From a virus (Duplodnaviria; Heunggongvirae; Uroviricota; Caudoviricetes; Straboviridae), in the IMG/VR virus record IMGVR_UViG_2974656882_000001, positions 64,001-128,000 of that record: a stretch of 64,000 nt of DNA; one strand, written 5' to 3'. Of this stretch, positions 1 to 8,122 are shown one piece after another; position 1 is the first letter of the stretch; each line of letters begins with the position of its first letter. The translations under genes were made by a program, and so were the position numbers. The notes beneath the pieces are model-generated. The model was given only the letters and a program-made list of their open reading frames with translations, was not told the origin of the DNA and did not search any database.

Positions 1-1791
1 ATCTGAATGGTCATAGATGCCAGTACCAGCAGTATCTCGTGTATTTGTGCCATTTTTAACTGGTGCTACACCGCCAGCAGCAACGAGTTTTGCTACGCCT
101 GCAAGATCTGTTCTTGCTCTACGTCCATCCAATTTCTTAGATGTAATAATTCTTGTGTCGTCGGTGTTGCTATCTGTTTCAGCTTGAGTAGCAATTTCAG
201 CAAGACCACGCATAGTTTCGGTGGCTTGTTTTTGATTCAACTTGAGAGGAGTAACTATATCAAAATCATTATAATTAGCGTCGTCGGTATTAAGTTGGTT
301 CTGTGCCCTAGTTGAAATTTTAGCTATACCTTGACGAGTTTCGGTAGCAGTTCTATTTGATAAAGTTTCAGGCGTAATAGCTACTTCTTTAGCTTCGGCG
401 GTTATAACAGATTTATCTAAATTCGCTTGAGCTTGGGTAGCTAATGCAATGACGCCTAATCTTCCACGTGTCGCATCCGATGAAGGGTCTACGCGTTCTA
501 ATGCAGGAATACAGTCGACCATTAGCCACTGCTTAATAGGCCCCATATCAATGTATGCAAACTTAATCACAGGTGGATAATCGCTATTGCCATTATATGA
601 CAAAATGTTGGTATTGACCCAATTGCCATCAGGTGGATAACTCGAACGTTTAGGGAACTGTGTAAGATTTTTATTAGTCAAAATCATATCAGTCCCTTTA
701 GGGACGATATTAACTGTTTGAGCCTTGCGCATATAATTCAATGCAATAGTGATTTGGTCACCAGGTTGCACATTATCAGGCAAAGTCAATTTAATTGTTT
801 GCGCAGTTACGTTATCTTTGCCGACTACTGTGACAGTTTCATTAGGGAACAAATCAGTATCAGTACTAACAGTTCGTAGTCGATCTACTGTATCTGTGTC
901 AAAAAGTACCCAAGTAGATGATGAGCTATTGTAAATAAAATAACCACTTAGTGAACGATAGAATATCTCTTTGTGGATACCTGGAGACATTATGCTTGTA
1001 TTAGAATCAAATGTGTTCAATTCTAGGTGGTAATACGGTACTGAATTTTTATTCATACCTACAAAATGAATAATATCACCATTGTTAGCGAATTTTGGGA
1101 ATGTCAACACAATAGGCGCAAGGCGATCATAATTACGAATAATTGTTTCACCTGATTGGACACGAATTGGACCCCCTGGTACAACTGTGCGAGCCACAGG
1201 TGCCTCGTCACCGTCGAATAATGACCATTGCTTCTTCGTATAAACAAATGTCCACTCAGAAAATGGAATAGTCATACGTTTTTGTGGGATGCTTGCGCCT
1301 TTATCAATAATAGATTCAACAGGGGCAATAACAATAACAGAAGTATACCCGGTCAAGCCGCCAATATCTTTAATAGAAATAGTGTCGCCTTCTTGTGGTG
1401 CTGGGGATGTTGGTAAAGTTAATTCTACGTCTAAACCTGCACGTGTATCAACAGAAATATAATCACCAACTTTTAATTGATACTTGCCAGAATCAAATGG
1501 GTACCATTTAGGGTCGGTACGCAATGGCTTCCAGTAACCTTCAAAGAATGTTCCTGCTGGTTTAGCAATATTTTGTTCGGCCATCCAAAGGCGACCATTA
1601 AATTCTACAATAAATCCTTTCTCATATGCACGAGAAGGATCATATTGTTGGGTTGTGTTTTCTTGGATGAGGTATTCAACGTTTACACCATCAGTCATGA
1701 CAGTTTTGTCAGCTTTTGCTACATTGATTACTTTTTCACCGGCTGCGTCCAACCCGTATGACGCACGGAAACTTGTTTTTACTTCAGACAT
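1..1791 (-). CDS. 34: Long tail fibre proximal subunit gp34, 5' part; runs off the window start
   Basis: ATG at 1791 reads MSEVKTSFRASYGLDAAGEKVINVAKADK, matching the T4 gp34 N-terminus; divergent from rnh as in T4. Confidence 0.93.
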   Translation of the reverse strand, partial: MSEVKTSFRASYGLDAAGEKVINVAKADKTVMTDGVNVEYLIQENTTQQYDPSRAYEKGFIVEFNGRLWMAEQNIAKPAGTFFEGYWKPLRTDPKWYPFDSGKYQLKVGDYISVDTRAGLDVELTLPTSPAPQEGDTISIKDIGGLTGYTSVIVIAPVESIIDKGASIPQKRMTIPFSEWTFVYTKKQWSLFDGDEAPVARTVVPGGPIRVQSGETIIRNYDRLAPIVLTFPKFANNGDIIHFVGMNKNSVPYYHLELNTFDSNTSIMSPGIHKEIFYRSLSGYFIYNSSSSTWVLFDTDTVDRLRTVSTDTDLFPNETVTVVGKDNVTAQTIKLTLPDNVQPGDQITIALNYMRKAQTVNIVPKGTDMILTNKNLTQFPKRSSYPPDGNWVNTNILSYNGNSDYPPVIKFAYIDMGPIKQWLMVDCIPALERVDPSSDATRGRLGVIALATQAQANLDKSVITAEAKEVAITPETLSNRTATETRQGIAKISTRAQNQLNTDDANYNDFDIVTPLKLNQKQATETMRGLAEIATQAETDSNTDDTRIITSKKLDGRRARTDLAGVAKLVAAGGVAPVKNGTNTRDTAGTGIYDHSD

Positions 1792-1818
1792 GCGATTTCC
1801 TTTGATTATCTTATCATA

Positions 1819-1826
1819 TATTTATT
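1819..1826 (-). promoter_or_regulatory. Late promoter variant (AATAAATA) for gene 34
   Basis: One mismatch to TATAAATA, about 27 nt upstream of the gene 34 ATG. Confidence 0.5.
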
Positions 1827-1882
1827 AAAAGCCGAGTATTGGTTCTTATGATTATTTATTAATCACATTAGTGTAAAGCATA

Positions 1883-1912
1883 GTTTACAACTGTATTTTT
1901 TGATGTTATAAT
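1883..1912 (+). promoter_or_regulatory. T4-type early promoter
   Basis: GTTTACA, 17-nt spacer, TATAAT. Confidence 0.8.
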
Positions 1913-1958
1913 GGTTCTACGGTTCACCGCTCTAAATTTATCTATTTGGTCGGAGAAG
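1903..1958 (+). repeat. 56-bp direct repeat, copy 1; candidate replication origin element
   Basis: ATGTTATAATGGTTCTACGGTTCACCGCTCTAAATTTATCTATTTGGTCGGAGAAG, identical to 33816-33871. Confidence 0.95.
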
Positions 1959-1993
1959 TATAGCTGCTGCGCAGTGTTTCTGAATAATCAGAT

Positions 1994-2018
1994 TGCTTCA
2001 TTATATTTTGTTTACAAT
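1994..2018 (+). promoter_or_regulatory. MotA-box middle promoter for rnh
   Basis: TGCTTCA, 12 nt, TACAAT. Confidence 0.7.
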
Positions 2019-2046
2019 ATTTCTATCATTTAAGAAGGATAATAGT

Positions 2047-3117
2047 ATGAGTTTAGACCACTTTTTTGAACCAGAAAAGCCTGGTGCACTACTTATCGAT
2101 TTGTCACAAATCGCTTTAGCAACTGTTGCAGTTACACATGAACCCGGTATGAAATTCACTACCGATATTGTTCGTCAACTTGTACTCTCAACAATTAAAC
2201 ATAATGCATTAAAATTTAAAGCTGATGGCTATGAAAAAGTCATTATTACAATTGATAATGCACGTTATGGTTATTGGCGACGTCAAGAAGAAGATTATTA
2301 TAAACGCAACCGTGCAATTGCACGTGCTGAAGCACAAGAATCTGATTCATTTGATTGGGAAGGCTATTTTGAAGCTCTTGGAATTGTTATTCAAGAATTA
2401 AAGGATAATATGCCTTGGATTATTATCGATGTCCGTCATTGTGAAGCCGATGATTGTATTGCAGTGCTATCTAAATATTTATCACTTAACGGCTATAAGG
2501 TTCGTGTTATTTCATCTGATGGTGACTTTACACAACTTCATAAAATTGAAGATTTAGATCAATATTCACCAGTTCAGAAAAAATTTGTAAAAGTCAAAAC
2601 TGGCTCGCCACAAGAAGATTGTCTAACTAAAGTTTTAAAAGGCGATCGCAAAGACTGTGTTGCATCGATTAAAGTTCGTGGTGACTTCTGGTTAACATAT
2701 GACCAAGACACTGAACGCACGCCAGCTACATCTGCAGATTTTGTTAAATCTCTTGTTGGCAAATCGGATGATGAAGTGTATAATGCATTTATGGCTGAAA
2801 TTTCTAAAAAGGCATCAAGCAAAAAAGTAGGTGTTGAAAATTGCCATAAACTGCTAAAATTACAAGGCATTGATGTTGATCAATCTCCTGAATTATATAC
2901 CGACACTACAGTTATGGCAACAAAAATCGCAGACTTGTGGATGCATCGTTTCAAACGCAATCGTGTATTAATTGACTTTGATTATATTCGTGATGATATT
3001 CGTGAATCAATTATTGATGCATATAAATCATACACACCTGCTCCACGCGGCAAAACATATTCATATATGGTCAAAAACAAGTTAACCAAACTTCTTAAAG
3101 ATCTCAATTGCATTTGA
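2047..3117 (+). CDS. rnh: RNase H / 5' nuclease, FEN1-like
   Basis: LLIDLSQIA, EADDCIA, SSDGDFTQLHK and VLIDFDYI motifs; ATG 2047 follows AAGGA; synteny 34-rnh-dsbA. Confidence 0.95.
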   Translation: MSLDHFFEPEKPGALLIDLSQIALATVAVTHEPGMKFTTDIVRQLVLSTIKHNALKFKADGYEKVIITIDNARYGYWRRQEEDYYKRNRAIARAEAQESDSFDWEGYFEALGIVIQELKDNMPWIIIDVRHCEADDCIAVLSKYLSLNGYKVRVISSDGDFTQLHKIEDLDQYSPVQKKFVKVKTGSPQEDCLTKVLKGDRKDCVASIKVRGDFWLTYDQDTERTPATSADFVKSLVGKSDDEVYNAFMAEISKKASSKKVGVENCHKLLKLQGIDVDQSPELYTDTTVMATKIADLWMHRFKRNRVLIDFDYIRDDIRESIIDAYKSYTPAPRGKTYSYMVKNKLTKLLKDLNCI

Positions 3118-3124
3118 GGTACAT

Positions 3125-3355
3125 ATGAAAAAGTTTATTAAACGATTATTATCAGGACTTGCTTGGTGGGTCCTGGAAGACGAAATTCGAGATAAATGGA
3201 TTTAGCGTGGTTATTTCAATGACTACACTAAATGGATGTCTCGAGATTTTCCTGTAATGGAAGATATGTATGAACATTTTAAAGATGTGCCATACGGCGG
3301 CCCAATTAACAATTGCAAACGTCGTCAAGAACTTGAAGAAAAATATAAAGTTTAG
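3125..3355 (+). pseudogene. 76-codon ORF interrupted by an in-frame TAG at 3203-3205
   Basis: GAGGT SD then MKKFIKRLLSGLAWWVLEDEIRDKWI*RGYFNDYTKWMSRDF...EEKYKV*; fills the rnh-dsbA gap exactly. Confidence 0.55.
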
Positions 3356-3380
3356 TGCTTTATATTTTCTGTGTTAAAAT
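3356..3380 (+). promoter_or_regulatory. MotA-box middle promoter for dsbA
   Basis: TGCTTTA, 12 nt, TAAAAT. Confidence 0.75.
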
Positions 3381-3413
3381 ATACTCATACCAAATACATA
3401 AGAGGTAATTGAA

Positions 3414-3680
3414 ATGGCTAAAGAGAAAGTTGAATTTAATCCAGCCCTTCACGGTGAACAACTAGAACATTGCATCAAGCAGTGCTCAGATCACAAAGCA
3501 ATTATCGAAGGCGCAAATGAAGCAATTCGTGAAATTCGCAAAACTGCATGTGAAGAGCTCGGTGTATCTGGTAAAGATTTTAACCAAATGCTTCGAATCT
3601 TCCATAAAGACGAACGCGAAAAACTCGAAACCGAAAATGAAGAACTATTAGAGAAGTATGATGCAGTCTTTAGAAAATAA
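3414..3680 (+). CDS. dsbA: dsDNA-binding protein DsbA
   Basis: 88 aa, GAGGT SD, MAKEKVEF N-terminus; T4 synteny. Confidence 0.88.
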   Translation: MAKEKVEFNPALHGEQLEHCIKQCSDHKAIIEGANEAIREIRKTACEELGVSGKDFNQMLRIFHKDEREKLETENEELLEKYDAVFRK

Positions 3681-3957
3681 TCTTATGGAAGTCCTGCAGC
3701 AGAAAACTGCTGCAGCATATGACAAACAAACTACTTCTGCTGAAATTACTGCACTTGTCAACACCGAAGGCCTTAGTTATTTAGAAGCAGTGTCATGGTG
3801 GATGGAAGAACGAAGCATCCCTGAAAATCAGTTTGCCAAGTATATTCCTGAAACTATTATCGAACAGCTCAAGTCCGAGGCCCTAGATGACAACCTTTTG
3901 AAGCCTTCAATGGCAAAACAAAACAAGTATTCTACATTGGATTTTATGTATGGTTAA
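3658..3957 (+). CDS. 33: Late transcription coactivator gp33
   Basis: SYLEAVSWWMEE and IPETIIEQLKSEALDDNLLKPS resemble gp33; between dsbA and 59. Confidence 0.9.
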   Translation: MMQSLENNLMEVLQQKTAAAYDKQTTSAEITALVNTEGLSYLEAVSWWMEERSIPENQFAKYIPETIIEQLKSEALDDNLLKPSMAKQNKYSTLDFMYG

Positions 3958-4600
3958 ATTGTTATTGCCGCCAAACAATAACATTCGTATTGATGCAAAA
4001 AGTGTATATAACTTATACCTTCAGCTGAAAAACCATTTCAACGGCAGACGTTGTGTAATTAAATCTGATTGGCGAATGAAAGTCTCTGATGATTCATTCG
4101 CCAAACGTAAAGATAAATTCTTTTTCCAGAAGTTGTCTGAAAAATTTACTTTGAAGGAATTATGCTTGATCTTCATTAGTAACTTAGTGGCAAACCAAGA
4201 CGCATGGATTGGTGAGATCAGTGATTCTGATGCAGTAAATTTTTACAAAACGTATCTTGCTAGGTTACGAATTGTTACTGCCAGGTATGAAGACGATGTG
4301 AAGAACATTTACTATTTTTCAAAAAAAGTAAATATCAAGTCGCTTAATGATATTTTTGTTTATAATGAATCTATCAAATCTTCGTATATCTTTAAACTCC
4401 TTCAAAGTGGAATAATTTCATTTGAAACATTTATTATGCTTGATAGCTTCCTCAATATAATTGAGGAACATGATAAACATGACAATATTATTTGGTCCTC
4501 ATATTCAGTTCGCCTTAAGGCATATCGCAAACTTTTTACTGTAGATTCTGATAAATGTAAGTCAAAATTTATCAGTAGCATAAAAGCTGCAAAATTCTGA
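3950..4600 (+). CDS. 59: Helicase loader gp59
   Basis: MVKLLLPPNNN...KSVYNLYLQLKNHFNG; 216 aa. Confidence 0.93.
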   Translation: MVKLLLPPNNNIRIDAKSVYNLYLQLKNHFNGRRCVIKSDWRMKVSDDSFAKRKDKFFFQKLSEKFTLKELCLIFISNLVANQDAWIGEISDSDAVNFYKTYLARLRIVTARYEDDVKNIYYFSKKVNIKSLNDIFVYNESIKSSYIFKLLQSGIISFETFIMLDSFLNIIEEHDKHDNIIWSSYSVRLKAYRKLFTVDSDKCKSKFISSIKAAKF

Positions 4601-4601
4601 G

Positions 4602-4647
4602 TATAAATAAAAATATCAATTTGCTTAAATCATTTTGGTATTAAATT
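4602..4647 (+). promoter_or_regulatory. Tandem late and MotA-type middle promoters for gene 32
   Basis: TATAAATA at 4602-4609; TGCTTAA, 13 nt, TAAATT at 4622-4647. Confidence 0.65.
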
Positions 4648-4652
4648 AATCT

Positions 4653-4707
4653 CTCTTATATTTTAGGTGTACAATTTATAAGAGTTTAATAAACACGGTA
4701 CATCACC
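4653..4707 (+). promoter_or_regulatory. Candidate gene 32 translational operator pseudoknot
   Basis: Stem CTCTTATA 4653-60 / TATAAGAG 4677-84; loop TGTAC 4668-72 can pair with GTACA 4698-4702. Confidence 0.5.
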
Positions 4708-4735
4708 AACTGTTAAAAACTTAAAGGATAATATT

Positions 4736-5647
4736 ATGTTTCAACGCAAAGACCCAGCTCAATTAGCCGCTCACCTTCAAGAACTTAAAGGTGGTTCAAG
4801 TTTCAATGAAGCTGATGGTAAAGAATGGAAATTGACGCTCGATACTGCTGGTAATGGCTCCGCTGTTATTCGTTTTCTTCCAGGCAAAACTCCAGATTCT
4901 ATGCCATTTGTTAAATTGATTAACCATGGCTTTAAAATTGGATCAAAATGGTATATCGAAAATTGTACATCTACACATGGCAAATTCGATGAATGCCCAG
5001 TTTGTAAACATATTAGCGAAAACGATCTGTATAATACAGACAACGCAATGTATGGTAAACTTAAACGTAAATCTTCTTTCTGGGCTAACATCTTAGTTGT
5101 TAAAGATCCGGCTCACCCAGAAAATGATGGCAAAGTATTTAAATATCGTTTCGGTCAAAAAATCATGGATAAAATTAACTCTATGGTTGAAGTCGATACA
5201 GATATCGGTGAAGTTCCAGTCGATGTTACATGCCCATTCGATGGTGCAAACTTCATCATGAAAGTGAAAAAAGTTTCAGGTTTCAGCAACTATGATGATT
5301 GCAAATTCCAGAAACAATCAAAAATTCCTAATATTGACGATCCGGCGTTCCAAGCAAAATTAATTGAAGATATGTTTGATATTGATTCAATTATTGCAAA
5401 AGACAAGTTCAACAGTTATGAAAAGAACTTAGAATCGTTTAATCGTGTTATGGGTACAGCAGCTCTTGGTGGAGCAGCTGCAGAAGCATCAAAAAATGCA
5501 GAAGCAGTAGCAAATGAATTGGAAGATTTTGAAAAACAAATGTCACAATTCACAGCAGAACCTACATCAGTTACCCCTGATCCAGTTCAATCAGCTGAAC
5601 CTGTTAAAGAAGATCCAGAATTAAATGACTTATTAAATGGCCTTTAA
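4736..5647 (+). CDS. 32: Single-stranded DNA-binding protein gp32
   Basis: GNGSAVIRFLP, Zn motif NCTSTHG..ECPVC, acidic tail ending LNDLLNGL. Confidence 0.97.
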   Translation: MFQRKDPAQLAAHLQELKGGSSFNEADGKEWKLTLDTAGNGSAVIRFLPGKTPDSMPFVKLINHGFKIGSKWYIENCTSTHGKFDECPVCKHISENDLYNTDNAMYGKLKRKSSFWANILVVKDPAHPENDGKVFKYRFGQKIMDKINSMVEVDTDIGEVPVDVTCPFDGANFIMKVKKVSGFSNYDDCKFQKQSKIPNIDDPAFQAKLIEDMFDIDSIIAKDKFNSYEKNLESFNRVMGTAALGGAAAEASKNAEAVANELEDFEKQMSQFTAEPTSVTPDPVQSAEPVKEDPELNDLLNGL

Positions 5648-5663
5648 TTCAAACAAATAAATT

Positions 5664-5687
5664 AAGAGAGCTTCGGCTCTCTTTTTT
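5664..5687 (+). terminator. Intrinsic terminator, UUCG loop
   Basis: AAGAGAGC-TTCG-GCTCTCTT followed by T run. Confidence 0.9.
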
Positions 5688-5698
5688 GTTGCACGCTA

Positions 5699-5727
5699 TT
5701 TACGCATCAAAGGTTTTTGTATATAAT
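5699..5727 (+). promoter_or_regulatory. Early promoter
   Basis: TTTACG, 17 nt, TATAAT. Confidence 0.75.
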
Positions 5728-5755
5728 AGGATCTATACTCAAAAGCGAGAAAACT

Positions 5756-6265
5756 ATGCTTATTCAAATAACAGGTTTAAAAGTTCTCAGAGACGTCCTA
5801 CGTAACAATGAATTAATTGTCCGTGATTTTAACGTAGATTTATCATACCTTAATAATGATAATCAGTGGGAGGGCTTATTTTGGTTTGTACAGCGTCTAG
5901 ACTCTAATAGCAACTTTTATAAAGTTGAATCTCATATGATTTTAACTAAAGCTATATTTTTGATGAGTGTGTATGATGTAGCTATTGGGTTTGATCGTGA
6001 CAACCAATCTGTTGTATTGAATATGTCAGATGATAATACATACTTTATCAAATGGCATCGCCCGGAAGATTTACTACGAATCCTTTGGGTAGTTTTAGAG
6101 ATGTCATCATTTAGTCCAGAAAAATCATATGCTTATGAAGATTTTCGCCAAGCTACTAGATTGATAACTGATCATTTAGATGAATACCATGATCCACGAG
6201 ACACTTGGGTACGAATTTTAAAATTATCTTCAGAGTATTTTGGAGGCTTTGATGCGCTTGTATAG
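5756..6265 (+). CDS. Hypothetical protein, 169 aa
   Basis: First ATG after the early promoter; overlaps the next ORF; no recognised motif. Confidence 0.7.
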   Translation: MLIQITGLKVLRDVLRNNELIVRDFNVDLSYLNNDNQWEGLFWFVQRLDSNSNFYKVESHMILTKAIFLMSVYDVAIGFDRDNQSVVLNMSDDNTYFIKWHRPEDLLRILWVVLEMSSFSPEKSYAYEDFRQATRLITDHLDEYHDPRDTWVRILKLSSEYFGGFDALV

Positions 6266-6659
6266 GCTGATGTGTAAGGAAGAATTTGACGCGGTTTCGG
6301 AGGAATTCCCTTTGGCGTGGCGTGGAAACTTCAAATGGTTCACGGACAATTTAGATTTCTTAAAACGTGTTGCAGATGGCATGTTTAATAATTCTAAGTT
6401 TGCTCCAGGGAGATATGATTATCTAGTAGTATATGACGTTGTAGCATATGATAGGACGTTAAATGATTTGTGGGCATTTAGTAGAGTGTCAAATCATGAG
6501 TTGATGCTTCGACGTTCTAAACAGCCTTTGCATGTCATACAGGTTGCAGCGAAATTTGAGGTCGAAAATTTATTAAAAGATTTTGATAAATTAGTTTACA
6601 ATGAACTTCAAACATGTTATAATAGTTTTAACAACTTGAATATGAAGGAATTATCATGA
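6252..6659 (+). CDS. Hypothetical protein, 135 aa
   Basis: GGAGG SD at 6242; coupled to neighbours. Confidence 0.7.
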   Translation: MRLYRLMCKEEFDAVSEEFPLAWRGNFKWFTDNLDFLKRVADGMFNNSKFAPGRYDYLVVYDVVAYDRTLNDLWAFSRVSNHELMLRRSKQPLHVIQVAAKFEVENLLKDFDKLVYNELQTCYNSFNNLNMKELS

Positions 6660-7012
6660 ACGAACATGAAAAAGCTATTAGTGACGCAATTGCATCAATG
6701 CGCCCTACAGTACTTCCGACAGTTAAAGATGAATTGTACAAAGACTGTGTTAAATGGTTCGAAGAATTCCAATTAGCACTTAATCATGGTAGAATTCGCA
6801 AATTTATCTTGTTGAATCTAGTGCCTAAGTCATTGAAGGTCCTATGGAGTATTAAAATGTTCCCTAAAATCAAAGGACATGATTTTAACAAAAAATATTC
6901 ATGTAAGTACACAACATGTGAATTTAGTGATAATTATGCTAAAGTAACTGTGCACAAACGTGGATCAAATTTAGTACCATGCCATGTCCATCTATCTAGG
7001 AAGTTCCTCTAA
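6656..7012 (+). CDS. Hypothetical protein, 118 aa
   Basis: AAGGA SD; ATGA overlap with upstream ORF. Confidence 0.7.
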   Translation: MNEHEKAISDAIASMRPTVLPTVKDELYKDCVKWFEEFQLALNHGRIRKFILLNLVPKSLKVLWSIKMFPKIKGHDFNKKYSCKYTTCEFSDNYAKVTVHKRGSNLVPCHVHLSRKFL

Positions 7013-7290
7013 TGATTGAAGTCGGAAACGTTTATGAAATTACACAAGAATGGCTTGATGAGCCATTAAATGCAAAAATATCTTTGCGTATGCCTGAGTT
7101 TAAACTCGGCGCAAAGTTCAAGGTAATTGAAACTGAATCTATCATTGGCAATAGCCCGGATGCAATCTCTATTCTCAATATGGATACAAATGAATATCAT
7201 GAAATTGAAGATTGTCCTATTGCAGATTTAGTATGGAGTTTCTTTAGTGCAGCTGAAGAACGTAAAGGCTTTATCAAATTAGTTAACTAA
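7012..7290 (+). CDS. Hypothetical protein, 92 aa
   Basis: TAATG coupling; position equivalent to T4 frd.x genes. Confidence 0.7.
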   Translation: MIEVGNVYEITQEWLDEPLNAKISLRMPEFKLGAKFKVIETESIIGNSPDAISILNMDTNEYHEIEDCPIADLVWSFFSAAEERKGFIKLVN

Positions 7291-7296
7291 GGAATA

Positions 7297-7842
7297 ATGA
7301 TGATTCAACTTGTATTTGCTCATGCTAAAACTGAATTTGGCTCACATGACGGAATGCCGTGGCCGCGAATTAGCCAAGATTTCAAGAATTTTAAAGCTCG
7401 AACTTCTGGTACAATATTAGTAATGGGCTCTAAAACATTTATGTCTTTGCCTGCTCCACTCGAAGATCGCAAACATATTGTTATTGCTGACAAAGCACGC
7501 CCTACGCCAAAATGCAAAAATGGCTCTTGGGCTGATGAATATATTGACCTGTCTGAATTAGATTCATATTTGCAGCATTGGAAGAAAAATGGATACTATT
7601 CTGTTATTGGCGGTGCTGACCTTTTAAAGCAAGCATTGCCATATGCAGCTAAAATCATACATACTGAAATTTCGTATGATCGTATGGAAGGCACAGAAGT
7701 TACTCAACATTTAGATCAAGAGTTTCTAAATGACGTATGGTACTTTGGCGAAAAGGTTGAGCGCCATTGGTACAAGATTGACCAAACAACCTCTATTACT
7801 GAAAATGTATTAATTAACTCGGAGAACGTTCATGTCTATTAA
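7297..7842 (+). CDS. frd: Dihydrofolate reductase
   Basis: GMPWPRISQDFKNFKART..VMGSKTFMSLP and SVIGGADLL. Confidence 0.95.
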   Translation: MMIQLVFAHAKTEFGSHDGMPWPRISQDFKNFKARTSGTILVMGSKTFMSLPAPLEDRKHIVIADKARPTPKCKNGSWADEYIDLSELDSYLQHWKKNGYYSVIGGADLLKQALPYAAKIIHTEISYDRMEGTEVTQHLDQEFLNDVWYFGEKVERHWYKIDQTTSITENVLINSENVHVY

Positions 7843-8077
7843 ATTATCAAAAATTGTTACTGTAGTCGATATCAAACGCCGCACTACTGCAAAATTCTTT
7901 AATTCTGTTCGTAAAGGCGATCAGATTCGTATTGAGCACAATGCCGGTAATCACCCATATAAATCGACTTCACCTCGATACACTGTAACAAACATGTCGA
8001 CGATGGAGCAACTTACAATCAATAATGCTTCTTTACTCAATGGATTAGACGTTTTTAATTTTCTAGAGAGCGCTTAA
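7832..8077 (+). CDS. Hypothetical basic protein, 81 aa
   Basis: GGAG SD; overlaps frd end. Confidence 0.65.
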   Translation: MSIKLSKIVTVVDIKRRTTAKFFNSVRKGDQIRIEHNAGNHPYKSTSPRYTVTNMSTMEQLTINNASLLNGLDVFNFLESA

Positions 8078-8096
8078 GCGCTCTTTGGTATATAAT
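8067..8096 (+). promoter_or_regulatory. Terminator-like palindrome overlapping a middle promoter for td
   Basis: AGAGCGC-TTAA-GCGCTCT-TT; CGCTTAA, 13 nt, TATAAT. Confidence 0.55.
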
Positions 8097-8122
8097 AGTC
8101 GTATATAGTTTAGGAGCAAAAT

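Noticed and set aside
3203-3205. Genome-wide TAG reassignment
   Set aside because: TAG ends coupled ORFs normally (6263-65, 15370-72) and core genes show no internal TAGs.
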